NCBI GenBank assembly: GCA_963766735.1
Contig: CAVYBU010000008.1
Span: forward strand, 96,001 to 160,000
Length of the DNA stretch: 64,000 nt
Source of the DNA: an uncultured Chloroflexia bacterium
GTDB taxonomy: Bacteria > Chloroflexota > Limnocylindria > Limnocylindrales > CSP1-4
Reading direction: 5' to 3'
Shown here: positions 9,444 through 19,497 of the stretch, piece by piece
Layout of the letters: each line of letters begins with the position of its first letter
How positions within the stretch are numbered: position 1 is the first letter of the stretch
The notes under the pieces: model-generated
What the model was told of the DNA's origin: nothing
The model's database searches: none
What the model saw: the letters and a program-made list of their open reading frames with translations, nothing else
Translations under genes and position numbers: made by a program

Positions 9444-11291
9444 CTAGGTCTGCAGCTCCCCGCCGAGCGTCGCGAGATGCCCGGCAAGCTCCGGCGGCAG
9501 CCGATCGCCGAAACGCGCGTAGTGCTCCTGGATCTGCGACAGCTCCGCAGCGATCGCGGGGCCGTCCACGCGCAGCAGCTCTGCGAGATCCTCTTCCGCG
9601 ATGTCCAGCCCGGTCGTGTCCAGGTCGGCCGGAGCCGGCAGCAGGCCGATCGGCGTGCGCTCCGCCTCCACCTCGCCGTCGCAGCGTCGGAACATCCACT
9701 CGATGACCCGGCTGTTCTCGCCGAAGCCGGGCCACAGCCAGCGCCCGTCGGCGCCGCGGCGGAACCAGTTGACGTAGAAGATCCGCGGCAGCTTGTCGGG
9801 CGTGGTCGCGCGCCCGACATCCAGCCAGTGCGCCCAGTAGTCGGCCATGTTGTAGCCGCAGAACGGGAGCATGGCGAACGGGTCGAAGCGCAGCTTGCCG
9901 ACCTCGCCGAACGCCGCGGCGGTGGTTTCCGAGCTCATGATCGAGCCCATGAACACGCCGTGCGACCAGTCGAAGGCCTCTCGCACGAGCGGCACGACGC
10001 CTGCGCGGCGGCCGCCGAACATGATGCCGTCGATCGGGACCCCGGCCGGGTCCTCCCACTCGTCGGCGATGGCCGGGTCCTGCCGTGCAGGAGCCGTGAA
10101 CCGGGAGTTGGGGTGGGCGGCCGGGCGTCCGGCGTCCGGCGTCCAGTCGCGCCCGGTCCAGTCGATCAGGTGCGCCGGCGGTGTCTCGGTCAGGCCCTCC
10201 CACCACACGTCGCCATCGTCGGTGAGGCCGACGTTGGTGTAGATGCAGTTCGCATCCAGGGTGCGGATGGCGTTGTAGTTCGTCTTCTCGCTGGTGCCGG
10301 GCGCGACGCCGAAGAACCCGGCCTCCGGGTTGATGGCGTACAGGCGCCCGTCGTCCCCGTAGCGCATCCAGCAGATGTCATCGCCGACCGTCTCGACCTT
10401 CCAGCCGGGCAGGGTTGGCACCAGCATCGCGAGGTTGGTCTTGCCGCACGCGGACGGGAAGGCGCCGGCAAAGTACTTGCGGCGGCCGTCCGGCGCGGTG
10501 ACCTTGATGATCAGCATGTGCTCGGCCAGCCAGCCCTCATCGCGGGCGATCGCGGACGCGATCCGGAGCGCGTAGCACTTCTTGCCCAGCAGGGCATTGC
10601 CGCCGTACCCGGATCCGTACGACCAGATCTCACGGGTATCGGGGAAGTGGACGATGTACTTGGTCTCCGCGTCGCACGGCCAGGGCACGTCCTGATCGCC
10701 CGGCCCGAGCGGGGCACCGACGGAGTGGAGGCAGGGAACGAAGTCACCGGCGGCCCGGATCACGTCCAGCGCCGGAGCGCCCATCCGGGTCATGATCCTC
10801 ATGTTGACCACGACATAGGCGGAGTCCGTGATCTGCACGCCCAGGCGGCTGATCCGGGAGCCCAGCGGGCCCATCGAGAACGGGATCACGTACATGGTCC
10901 GGCCGCGCATGGATCCGCGGAACAGGTCGGTGAGGGTGGCCCGCATCTCGTCGGGGTCGCGCCAGTTGTTGGTGGGGCCGGCATCGGCCGCTTCACGCGA
11001 GCAGATGTAGGTGCGGTCCTCGACGCGGGCGACATCGCTCGGGTCGGAACGCGCCAGGAAGCTGTTCGGACGCTTTTCGGGATCGAGCTTCGTGAACGTG
11101 CCAGCCTCGACGAGCTCGCCGCACAGCGCGGCGTACTCCTCGTCGGTGCCGTCGCACCAGTGCACACGATCCGGCATTGCCAGGGCGGCGATCTCGTCCA
11201 CCCAGCGGACGAGCTCCGGCATCCCGTCGGGTCGGCTCATCCCCATGTATCCGGCGCCGGTTGGAAGGGCGCCTGTATCGACTGCGCTCAC
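9444..11291 (-). CDS. pckG: Phosphoenolpyruvate carboxykinase (GTP)
   Basis: [36 protein letters not shown] and WPGFGEN motifs. Confidence 0.96.
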   Translation of the reverse strand: MSAVDTGALPTGAGYMGMSRPDGMPELVRWVDEIAALAMPDRVHWCDGTDEEYAALCGELVEAGTFTKLDPEKRPNSFLARSDPSDVARVEDRTYICSREAADAGPTNNWRDPDEMRATLTDLFRGSMRGRTMYVIPFSMGPLGSRISRLGVQITDSAYVVVNMRIMTRMGAPALDVIRAAGDFVPCLHSVGAPLGPGDQDVPWPCDAETKYIVHFPDTREIWSYGSGYGGNALLGKKCYALRIASAIARDEGWLAEHMLIIKVTAPDGRRKYFAGAFPSACGKTNLAMLVPTLPGWKVETVGDDICWMRYGDDGRLYAINPEAGFFGVAPGTSEKTNYNAIRTLDANCIYTNVGLTDDGDVWWEGLTETPPAHLIDWTGRDWTPDAGRPAAHPNSRFTAPARQDPAIADEWEDPAGVPIDGIMFGGRRAGVVPLVREAFDWSHGVFMGSIMSSETTAAAFGEVGKLRFDPFAMLPFCGYNMADYWAHWLDVGRATTPDKLPRIFYVNWFRRGADGRWLWPGFGENSRVIEWMFRRCDGEVEAERTPIGLLPAPADLDTTGLDIAEEDLAELLRVDGPAIAAELSQIQEHYARFGDRLPPELAGHLATLGGELQT

Positions 11292-11545
11292 TGTTGCCTC
11301 CGCATGGCCCCGAGGCTAGGCATGGCATCTATCGGGGCCGCTATGAGCACCCTACGCGGCCGCCGTGACGATGAGCGGGGCCGACCCGCCCTCGGCTGCA
11401 GGCCGAGACGCCCAATTCTGCCCCTGCTCGAGTGGGAAGAAGGGCGGGCAATCGACGATAATCGTCCGGCCTGCTCCCGTCGCGACAGTCTCAAACGCCG
11501 GGTGACCGGCCCCTCGCACCCCCCACAGGGAGGGCGGAACGCCCG

Positions 11546-11944
11546 ATGGATCTCGAGACGCTGGCGAGAGGCAGGTACCTGTCGCTGACAACATTCCGGA
11601 GGGACGGCACACCCGTCGCCACCCCGGTCTGGCTGGCCCGCCAGGGCGACGAGCTGGTGGTCTTCACTGCGAAGTCCGCGGGCAAGGCCAAGCGGCTCCG
11701 GAACGGCGACAGGGTCCTGCTTGCCCCGTGCGACATGCGGGGCCGCGTCACCGGCGATGCCGTCGAGGGCACGGCGCGCCTGCAGGACGAAGCCGAGACG
11801 GCAGCCACCATCGGTCTCATCCGACGGCGCTATGGCGTGCTGGGTCGCCTCCTGTTCTGGTGGGAGGGCCGTCGTTCTCGGAACCTGGAGGCCAGCCCTC
11901 AGATCGGGATCGCGATCCGCCTGGGCGTCCCCGGACCGGGCTGA
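11546..11944 (+). CDS. PPOX-class F420-dependent oxidoreductase
   Basis: YLSLTTFRRDGTPVATPVW, GKAKRLR, APCDMRG. Confidence 0.9.
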   Translation: MDLETLARGRYLSLTTFRRDGTPVATPVWLARQGDELVVFTAKSAGKAKRLRNGDRVLLAPCDMRGRVTGDAVEGTARLQDEAETAATIGLIRRRYGVLGRLLFWWEGRRSRNLEASPQIGIAIRLGVPGPG

Positions 11945-11954
11945 GCAAGCGCCG

Positions 11955-13406
11955 TCACCTTGCGATGGCCCCCGGGCGCCAGCCCGGCGACGCCCACCAC
12001 CCGGATGCTGCCTCCAGTGCCCCGGCCACGTCGAACACGGTCGCATCGTCGTACGGTCGGCCCACGACCTGGACGCCGGTCGGGACCCCGTTCGAGGCGA
12101 TTCCGCTCGGCACGGCCAGCACCGGCCGACGGCTCAGGAGGTTGAACAGCGGCGTGAGCGCGGCCTGCAGGTAGAAGTCAAGCTCCACGCCGCCCACGGT
12201 GACCCTGGTCTCGGTGTAATCGTCGTCGGCGGCGTAGCCGATCGTCGCCATCGTGGGGCAGACGAACGCCAGGTAGGGTGCGAGCACGTCTGTGACGGCG
12301 GCGTCGATCTCCGATTCCAGCTTGAGGCCGCCGTAGAAGCCCACCTCGGCGAACCCGGCGTCCGCCTTGTCGCGGAAGGCCCGGACGTAGGGCGTCAGCC
12401 GCTCGTCCTGCCCGGCGGCCACCTCGTCCACGCTGGGGCCCATGATCGCGCCGTAGTGTGCGAACGCCGCCCGGAACAGCATCTCCATCGAGATCGGGAT
12501 CTCGACCTCCTCGACGATCGCACCGAGATCGGCCAGCGTGGACGCGACCCGAGCCGTTGCCGCGGCCACCTCCGGGTCAACCGGGGCATCGCCGAGGGTG
12601 CGAGCCCAGGCGATCCGTCGGCCGGCGATGCGCCCGGGGCTGCCGTCCACGGTGATTGGTCCCGGGAACGGGAGGCTGGCCTGGTCGATCGGGTGCTGCC
12701 CCGCGATGACGTTGTGGAGCAGCGCGACGTCGGCCACGCTCCGGCCCATCGGGCCGTCGTGGCAATAGGCGTCCAGGTTGAACGGCGGTAGCGCGGGGAC
12801 CCGGCCGTAGGGCGGCTTGTAGCCCACCACGCCGCAGAGCGAGGCCGGGATCCGGATCGAGCCGCCGATGTCCGATCCGGTCGCGAGCGTCGCGGTGCCG
12901 GACGCCAGCGCAGCCCCGGAGCCGCCCGAGGAACCGCCGGGCGTGCACTCGGTGTTCCACGGGTTGCGGGTGACGCCCCACAGCGGCGTGTGCGTGAAGC
13001 CGGCGGAGCTGAACTCGGGGGTCGCCGTGCGCGCGTGGACCACGCCTCCGGCGGCGACGATGCGCTCGATAACGGGATGCGTGACGTCGGCGACGTAGCC
13101 GTCCATGAGGTGCGAGCCCAGCTGTAGAGGCTCACCCTCGATGGCCTGCTCCTCCTTGACGCCGACCGGCAGTCCCTCGAGCGCCCGTGGCTCGCCGCCG
13201 CCCCGGCCGAGGTAGCGTGCCTCCGCCTCGCGAGCGGCCGCCAGGGCCGTGTCACGCCGGATGGTCGTCAGCGCGTTGATGGCTGGTTCGACCAGCTCAG
13301 CCCGCCGGAGAACGGCATCCAGCAGCTCGACCGGGCTCAGCTCCCGCGATCGGAAGGCCGCCAGGGCGTCACCGGCGCTCAGGTAGGGGAGATCGACGCC
13401 GCTCAT
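11955..13406 (-). CDS. Amidase (amidase signature family)
   Basis: TPGGSSGGSGAA and GSDIGGSIRIPASLCG. Confidence 0.93.
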   Translation of the reverse strand: MSGVDLPYLSAGDALAAFRSRELSPVELLDAVLRRAELVEPAINALTTIRRDTALAAAREAEARYLGRGGGEPRALEGLPVGVKEEQAIEGEPLQLGSHLMDGYVADVTHPVIERIVAAGGVVHARTATPEFSSAGFTHTPLWGVTRNPWNTECTPGGSSGGSGAALASGTATLATGSDIGGSIRIPASLCGVVGYKPPYGRVPALPPFNLDAYCHDGPMGRSVADVALLHNVIAGQHPIDQASLPFPGPITVDGSPGRIAGRRIAWARTLGDAPVDPEVAAATARVASTLADLGAIVEEVEIPISMEMLFRAAFAHYGAIMGPSVDEVAAGQDERLTPYVRAFRDKADAGFAEVGFYGGLKLESEIDAAVTDVLAPYLAFVCPTMATIGYAADDDYTETRVTVGGVELDFYLQAALTPLFNLLSRRPVLAVPSGIASNGVPTGVQVVGRPYDDATVFDVAGALEAASGWWASPGWRPGAIAR

Positions 13407-14506
13407 CGGGTCGTGCCGTCGGGCGCGGTCTCCACGCTCCCCGCTGGTGGCTCGACCTTGTTGCGAAGCAGGGCCGCGAACCCTCGAGATGACGGGAACG
13501 CCTCCATGACCATGACCAGCCCGACGGTCAGCGGCACCGCCAGGAGCGCCCCGCCGGCGCCCAGGATCCACGCCCATACGAGCACCGAGAGGAAGACGAC
13601 CAGCGGGCTCAGGTTGAGCTCGTTGCCCATCATGACCGGCTGGAGGAAGTGATCCTGGGCGAAGTTGATGAGCGTGTACCCGACCACGACCGCCACCGCC
13701 GTCCCGACCCCACCCTCGAGGAACGCGAGGATCGTCGGCGGGATGACCGCGATGAACGTGCCCACGTTGGGGATGAAGCTGGCGGCGAAGACGAGGAACG
13801 CCCAGAGACCCGGCAGCGGCACGCCGAGGACGATGAGGAGCACCAGCACGAACACCGCGGCGAACAGCCCCAGTTGCGCACGGACGAGGAGGTATCGACG
13901 CAGGTCGGTCCCGAACTGCTCGGCGCCCGCCAGGAGGGGATGCCCCTCGCCGAACGCTGCTGCCGCTCGTGCGTGGAGGCCGGCCGCCCCGAAGAGCGCG
14001 TAGATCATCGTGAAGGCGAGGATGAAGAGCCCCAGGCCGGCGCCGGAGACGGCGGATCCGACCGGCCGGATGAGGGACGTGAGCATCTCCGGAGAGATGA
14101 TCGCCGTGATCGCCCCCACATCGGTGGCGATCCCGACCTGTGCGAGCAGGTCGCGGAAGGCGGCAATCTGGTCACGCAGGCGGCTCTCGTACTTGGGCAC
14201 CTGGATGACCAGCTCGCCAATCGAGATGGCGATGATCGCCACGGCCGCCAGGACGACCGCGAGGATCGTCAGCATCGCGACGGCGAGGGCCACCGAGCGC
14301 CGGGCGCCCCGCCGCTCCAGCTTGCCGACCAGCGGCCACGCGACCAGTGCGATGAACAGCCCGAACAGCACGGGGACCAGGAGCGATGCCACCTCGCGCA
14401 GGGCGAGGGCCGCCACGAGCACGAGCACAAACCCGGCCAGAGCCCCGAGCGGGCCGGCCAGCGGGCCGCCCGGCCGCCCCCGATCATCCGTGCGCGCTTC
14501 CGACAT
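13403..14506 (-). CDS. AI-2E family transporter
   Basis: Multi-TM; FIPNVG and LNLSPLVVFLSVLVWAWILGAGGALLAVP. Confidence 0.9.
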   Translation of the reverse strand: MSEARTDDRGRPGGPLAGPLGALAGFVLVLVAALALREVASLLVPVLFGLFIALVAWPLVGKLERRGARRSVALAVAMLTILAVVLAAVAIIAISIGELVIQVPKYESRLRDQIAAFRDLLAQVGIATDVGAITAIISPEMLTSLIRPVGSAVSGAGLGLFILAFTMIYALFGAAGLHARAAAAFGEGHPLLAGAEQFGTDLRRYLLVRAQLGLFAAVFVLVLLIVLGVPLPGLWAFLVFAASFIPNVGTFIAVIPPTILAFLEGGVGTAVAVVVGYTLINFAQDHFLQPVMMGNELNLSPLVVFLSVLVWAWILGAGGALLAVPLTVGLVMVMEAFPSSRGFAALLRNKVEPPAGSVETAPDGTTR

Positions 14507-14729
14507 CTCGACCCTCCGCCGGCTGGCCACCACGGGCTCGCCTCCGGCGAACGTGACGCGGTGCACGGGCGATGATCGCACCAACGCGGGGTGGACGGTG
14601 CGCTGAACGGTGCCGTTCCATGTGCCGACGGCATCGCTGGCGCGCGCGTACCCTTGCCCCGCTACCGGGACCGTCCTCCGGGCCTGTCGCGAACGGGCGT
14701 GATCCCGGCACACCGTCGAAAGGGACCGC

Positions 14730-15521
14730 ATGACGCCGTCGTCTCCAGCGCCGCGGCTGGCCCGCCTCAACGTGGCACCCGTGAAGAGCATGGGGCTCCT
14801 GCACCCCGAGAGCGTGCAGCTGACGGCGACCGGCATCCCCTCGAACCGTCGTTTCCACCTCGTGAACGAGGCAGGACGCCTGTTCACGGGCGCCGATCAC
14901 GGGCCGCTGGTCCGCGTCCGATCGTCGTTTGACCCCGATGCGGAGACGCTGAGTATCGCCTTCCCGGACGGGTCCGTGGCCACCTCTGCAGCGAACCTGC
15001 TGGGTGCCCCGCACGTGACGGATGTCTGGGGCAGGCCGGTTCCCGGACACTTCCTCCTGGGTCCGCTCGCCGATGCCATCGGTGCGTTCGTGGGCCAGCC
15101 GCTGCAGCTGGTCCGCGCCGATCTCGAGGGCGACGGTTCGGATGTCCACCGGCTGTCGCTCATCTCCCTGGCCTCGGTCCGCGACCTTGGTGCCCGCAGC
15201 GACCGCCCGGATCTCGATCCGCGGCGGTTCCGGATCGACCTGGAGCTCGATGGTTGCGACCCGTTCGAAGAGGACACGTGGGACGGCCTGGCGGTTCGCA
15301 TCGGCGAGGCCGTCGTCCGGGTCTTCGGGCCGATCCCGCGCTGCGTGGTCACGACCCAGGATCCGGCAACCGGCGTGAAGGACTTCGACACGCTCAAACG
15401 CATCGCCGAGTACCGGCCGCTGATGCAACGCCCGAAGGGCGTTCCGTTCGGCATGTACGCGGAGGTTCAGCAGCCGGGGAGGATCGCCGTCGGGGACCCG
15501 GTGGAGCCTCTCGGGCGCTGA
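14730..15521 (+). CDS. MOSC domain protein
   Basis: APVKSM, DPRRFR, RCVVTTQDP, FGMYAEV..PG.I.VGD. Confidence 0.9.
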   Translation: MTPSSPAPRLARLNVAPVKSMGLLHPESVQLTATGIPSNRRFHLVNEAGRLFTGADHGPLVRVRSSFDPDAETLSIAFPDGSVATSAANLLGAPHVTDVWGRPVPGHFLLGPLADAIGAFVGQPLQLVRADLEGDGSDVHRLSLISLASVRDLGARSDRPDLDPRRFRIDLELDGCDPFEEDTWDGLAVRIGEAVVRVFGPIPRCVVTTQDPATGVKDFDTLKRIAEYRPLMQRPKGVPFGMYAEVQQPGRIAVGDPVEPLGR

Positions 15522-15624
15522 CCCGGCCATCTCGAGCCTCGCCCAGGCCCTGTCCCGGTCACACTCCCGGGCCATCCGGAGCGGCCCCGCCCTGTCTGCA
15601 ACTCAGCGCTGGCGTAGCGCCGGC

Positions 15625-16737
15625 TCAGGTCGGCCGTCGGCCGCGGCGGCCCCGCCGTCGACGAGCCAGCTCGCCAATCGCACTCGCGGCCGAGACGCCG
15701 ACGAACAGCAGGATCGCCACCACGTTGAGCAGGCCGCCGAGCTCCCACGCCCGGGGGAGCCCCAGCACATCCCCGCCAATGATCCTGATGAGCAGCCCGG
15801 CGTGCAGCAGGGCGAGGTGTCCGTAGAAGACCGGCGTGTACGGAAGCGGCACCCGCAGCACCGCCGGCACGATCACCGGCGCGTGTCCGAAGACCATCGA
15901 GATCACGAACCCCAGGAACAGCGCGTGGAGACGCACGTCGTAGGCGCCGCCGCCGTCGGTGCCCGTGACCAGCCATGCGGCGCCGGCCACGGCCAGCCAG
16001 GCGTAGCCCGTGAGCAGCGACAGAGCGATGAAGCGGGTCACGCCGGGCATGCGGACCGTGCGCCGCGCCAGATCGTTCCTCGCCAGCCAGGCCGCGAGCG
16101 CCAGGAGCCCGATGCCGCCAACCCGCGTCCCGGCATCGGGAACCGCCAGCGATCCGGTGACCCCGGCGACGAAGATCCACGCAGCCACGATGAACTGGCG
16201 TCGCTTGAGCAGGGTGAGCTGGCCGAGGCGCGCGAGCTCGAGGCGTTCCCCCGCGATGGTCAGGACGAGGAACGCGGCGAGCCACGGCAGCGCGTCCGAC
16301 ACGGGCCGCCCCACCGCCAGTAGCAGCGCGGCCACGGGCCACGCCCCGGCTCCTGCGGCCTGGATCCCCAGGTGCAGGGACCGCTCGCGGGTCGCGAAGG
16401 CGGCGTACGTCCCGACCAGAAACACGCCCCCTGCCACCAGGAGCCATGCGGCCGGAGCCGGTGGAAGACCGAGCACGATGGCGAGCGCACCCACGCCCGT
16501 TGCCAGCGGCGCGGCGTAGCCCAGCGGCCGGCCGAGCGCCACCGCACGCTCCAGCGCGATGACGGTCCCCAGGAAACCGAGCGTCATGAGCCGCCCGTGT
16601 CCCGCCGCGAGGCGCCCGGCATCGACGGGCATCAGCGTTCCCAGGAGCACGAGCGCGCCGGCGAGGCCCGCCAGGAGCGCGATCCCGCCCATCGCCAGCA
16701 GGACGAATCGGCCGCTGGGCGCGTGGGCCGCCTGCAC
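15625..16737 (-). CDS. Conserved multi-TM membrane protein (NnrS-like)
   Basis: HG.LM.LGFLGTVIALERAV, GERLEL, HALFLGFV motifs; start uncertain. Confidence 0.7.
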   Translation of the reverse strand: MQAAHAPSGRFVLLAMGGIALLAGLAGALVLLGTLMPVDAGRLAAGHGRLMTLGFLGTVIALERAVALGRPLGYAAPLATGVGALAIVLGLPPAPAAWLLVAGGVFLVGTYAAFATRERSLHLGIQAAGAGAWPVAALLLAVGRPVSDALPWLAAFLVLTIAGERLELARLGQLTLLKRRQFIVAAWIFVAGVTGSLAVPDAGTRVGGIGLLALAAWLARNDLARRTVRMPGVTRFIALSLLTGYAWLAVAGAAWLVTGTDGGGAYDVRLHALFLGFVISMVFGHAPVIVPAVLRVPLPYTPVFYGHLALLHAGLLIRIIGGDVLGLPRAWELGGLLNVVAILLFVGVSAASAIGELARRRRGRRGRRPT

Positions 16738-16739
16738 GG

Positions 16740-17081
16740 TCAGGCCTGCCAGCCCAGCGCGATCCGCGCCGCGGGCGTCATCAGCTGCGGCGACCACGCC
16801 GGCTCGTGGGTGACCTCCACCTCGACGTCCACCACGCCGGGGATCTCCAGGAGCGCCCACCGGACCTGGTCCTCGAGGTAGGAGCCTATGGGGCAGGCGG
16901 GCGATGTCGTGGTCATCAGGACGTGCGCGACTCCGGCGTGCACGTCACTCTCGTACACGAGTCCCAGGTCGACGATGTTGAGGCCGAGCTCCGGGTCCAT
17001 GACGGTACGGAGGTGCTCGAGCAGGGCATCGTCGTCCACGGCCGGGAGCAGGCGGGAGAGATCGACCGCTGGTTGATCCAT
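16740..17081 (-). CDS. Metal-sulfur cluster assembly factor (DUF59/SufT/PaaD-like)
   Basis: VMDPELGLNIVDLGLVY, TTTSPACP, EPAWSP. Confidence 0.92.
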   Translation of the reverse strand: MDQPAVDLSRLLPAVDDDALLEHLRTVMDPELGLNIVDLGLVYESDVHAGVAHVLMTTTSPACPIGSYLEDQVRWALLEIPGVVDVEVEVTHEPAWSPQLMTPAARIALGWQA

Positions 17082-17107
17082 AATGTTGACTAGATTACTA
17101 TGAATTA
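17081..17107. promoter_or_regulatory. AT-rich divergent promoter/operator, candidate Rrf2-family site
   Basis: TAATGTTGACTAGATTACTATGAATTA stands out in GC-rich DNA between divergent DUF59 and cupin genes. Confidence 0.45.
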
Positions 17108-17142
17108 GGTCCCGACCGGAACCAGCTCGTCAAGGAGACGCC

Positions 17143-17475
17143 ATGGACCCCCGCACGTTCACTCCAGACTGGCGCGAGATCGTCACGTACGCCGCCCCCG
17201 GCCCGCAGCCGGCGCTGCTCGTGGACGAGGATGACCTCAAGGTGCTCGTGGGCGGCCTCGAGCCGGGGGGCATGATCCCGCCCCACCCCGAGCGACGCGC
17301 GGTCTACCACGCGCTCGAGGGCGAGGGCGTGTTCCGCCTGGACGGCGCGGCGCTCGAGTTCCGGGCGGGTGCCGTGGTCGTCGCGCCGGCAGGCTCGACT
17401 CGCGGGATCGAGGCGGTGACCCGGCTGGCCTTCCTCGCCGTGCGGATCGGAGCCCCCCTGGACGCCGGCGGCTGA
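17143..17475 (+). CDS. Cupin domain protein
   Basis: LEPGGMIPPH..YHALEGEG..RG cupin pattern; AAGGAG Shine-Dalgarno. Confidence 0.85.
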   Translation: MDPRTFTPDWREIVTYAAPGPQPALLVDEDDLKVLVGGLEPGGMIPPHPERRAVYHALEGEGVFRLDGAALEFRAGAVVVAPAGSTRGIEAVTRLAFLAVRIGAPLDAGG

Positions 17476-17619
17476 TCGCCACCGGCCGCTCGGCGACCGC
17501 TGAGCGCCGCGCCGCACATTCGCTCCGCCGCCGCGTCGCCCTGCCGCCCTACAATCGACCCTGGGTGAACCGTCTGCGTGGCGGTCCGGAGCCCATCTCC
17601 GCACGAGGGGTCCTGCACG

Positions 17620-17949
17620 ATGATCGATCCGGAGCTCGAAGCCGAGCGCGACGGGCTGAACAACTACCCGGTGGCGTTCCTCCAGAACCTGATCGACAAC
17701 GGCGAGGGCTGGCAGGCCGAGGGAGCGCTGGGACGGGCAATCGTCAACGCGCTCGAGGACGGTCGCTGCGTCCTCGGTCCCGTCGCACACCATGACTACC
17801 ACGGCAGGGTGGTGCCGGCGCGCAAGGACGTCGCCGCGGGCGACAAGGGCAGCCTCGAGTATGCGAACCGCCTTCGGGCCGAGCGTGGTGAGCCGCAGCT
17901 CCTCGAGGGCGCGGACGGGACGATCTCGGTCGAGACGGCCCCCGCCTAG
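17620..17949 (+). CDS. Hypothetical protein
   Basis: GC3-biased ORF with normal composition, GAGGGG upstream, TACAAT at 17550. Confidence 0.65.
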   Translation: MIDPELEAERDGLNNYPVAFLQNLIDNGEGWQAEGALGRAIVNALEDGRCVLGPVAHHDYHGRVVPARKDVAAGDKGSLEYANRLRAERGEPQLLEGADGTISVETAPA

Positions 17950-17980
17950 CTCCGCGCTCCCGCCGGGGTTGCCCGGCGCC

Positions 17981-18898
17981 CTAGACCGTGACCTCGCCCA
18001 GCGCGTCGCGCAGCTCCGAGTACGCCTCCAGGCAGAGATCCGCGGGGTCCATGGACCGGACCTGGACGCAGACATGGTCGGCGCCCGCGTCCAGGTGCTC
18101 GCGGACCCGGCGGGCGATCGCAGTGGCATTGCCCTGTGCGATCACAGCGTCCAGGAGCCGATCGCTGCCGCCGCCCGCGATGTCCTCGTCGGACCAGCCG
18201 AGACGGCGAAGGTTGTTCGCGTAGTTGACAGCGGCCAGGTAGCGCGTCGCGAAGGCCCGGGCCGTCTCTCGCGCCCGTGCCGGGTCTGAGTCCAGGACGG
18301 CCGTGAGCTCCACCGCGAGGACTGGATCCCGGCCAATCCGCTCGCGAGCGAAACGCGTGTGCTCGACCGGGACGAAGTACGGGTGGGCGCCGTCGGTGCG
18401 TTCAGCGGCCAGATCCAGCATCCGCGGTCCGAGGGCCGCCAGGATCACAGGGGGCCGGTCTGGCAGCTCAGGACCGGCCCATGCGGCGGCGTCCATGGCA
18501 TCCAGGTAGGCCGTCATCGTCTCGATCGGACGTCCATAGGTGCCACCGCGTGCGGCAACGGACGGGGCGTGGCTCACGCCGATCCCCAGGACGAACCGGC
18601 CGGGGTACGCCTCGGCAAGTGTCCGGGCGCCGCTGATCATGGCGGCCGCGTCGCGTGCGTAGATGCTGGCGATGCCCGTGGCGATCACCATGCGCGGGCT
18701 TGCGGCCAGGAGCAGCGCCGCGTGCGCGAGCGCCTCCTTGCTGCCGATGCTCTCCGGGAACCAGGTGGCTGCGTAGCCGAGGCCCTCATACGCCGAGACG
18801 GCCGCCTGCCCGTCCACAGCGCGATTTGCCTGCAGGCCGAAGCTCCAGACCCCGACCCCGCCGAGGGCTGCGCGAAGAGTGTCCTGTCGTGTCGTCAT
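17981..18898 (-). CDS. LLM-class F420-dependent oxidoreductase
   Basis: ATGIASIYARD, GRFVLGIGVSH, AALGPRML, GAHPY, AGADHVCVQ. Confidence 0.9.
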   Translation of the reverse strand: MTTRQDTLRAALGGVGVWSFGLQANRAVDGQAAVSAYEGLGYAATWFPESIGSKEALAHAALLLAASPRMVIATGIASIYARDAAAMISGARTLAEAYPGRFVLGIGVSHAPSVAARGGTYGRPIETMTAYLDAMDAAAWAGPELPDRPPVILAALGPRMLDLAAERTDGAHPYFVPVEHTRFARERIGRDPVLAVELTAVLDSDPARARETARAFATRYLAAVNYANNLRRLGWSDEDIAGGGSDRLLDAVIAQGNATAIARRVREHLDAGADHVCVQVRSMDPADLCLEAYSELRDALGEVTV

Positions 18899-18968
18899 GA
18901 CACGGAGTCTAGCCGGGGGCGCGCGATGCGGCCCCCCGGGCTCGCAGGCTGGAGGCGCCGCAGGTGAG

Positions 18969-19283
18969 CTACTGCTCCGGGTGGACCCGCTCGACGTCGA
19001 TCGCACGGACCCGGCGCGACCGTCCCTCGTCCGTCTTGACGGTGGCGGAGGGGATGACGCCCATGGCCAGCGCCGTGACGACGGCCAGCTCGCCGGCGTA
19101 CAGGCCCGCGCCGCCGATCCGAACGCGGTCGCCCACGGAGAGGTCGTTTCGACCTTCAAGCGCGGTCATGTCGATCGTGGTTGCCGGCGTTCGATTGCTC
19201 CTCGGGTCGCCGGGGGCCAGGGGGTTCCGCCCGCCCTTGGTGGCGGTCTTCGCCACCGGGTAGTTCACCTTGCGTTTGCGCAC
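18969..19283 (-). CDS. Small hypothetical protein with KOW/SH3-like C-terminus
   Basis: VGDRVRIGGAGLYAGELAVV resembles a KOW motif; GAGGT upstream. Confidence 0.6.
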   Translation of the reverse strand: MRKRKVNYPVAKTATKGGRNPLAPGDPRSNRTPATTIDMTALEGRNDLSVGDRVRIGGAGLYAGELAVVTALAMGVIPSATVKTDEGRSRRVRAIDVERVHPEQ

Positions 19284-19497
19284 TGCGGTTGTCAGACCTC
19301 GCTACGGGAGATGGGCGGCACGAGCCGCGCGATCCCTGGATCGGCCCGCATGGACCGCCAGGACATGGTTGAGCACGTCGCGCAGGCTGGTCGTCATCGT
19401 ACCGATGACGGGGTCCCCTGCGCCGGAGTGCAGGGACAGGGTATCCGACGCGGCGTCGTGCACCGAATCGGCGGTGGGAATCCAGTCGCCTGCGCCG

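Noticed and set aside
9378-11588. Long antisense and alternate-frame ORFs (for example 9378..11588 +, 48914..50674 +, 52065..53951 +)
   Set aside because: Shadow ORFs caused by high GC3 bias opposite recognisable genes; no motifs
19302-19397. Possible 31-aa peptide MTTSLRDVLNHVLAVHAGRSRDRAARAAHLP
   Set aside because: No clear ribosome binding site or recognisable homology; unsupported without comparative data
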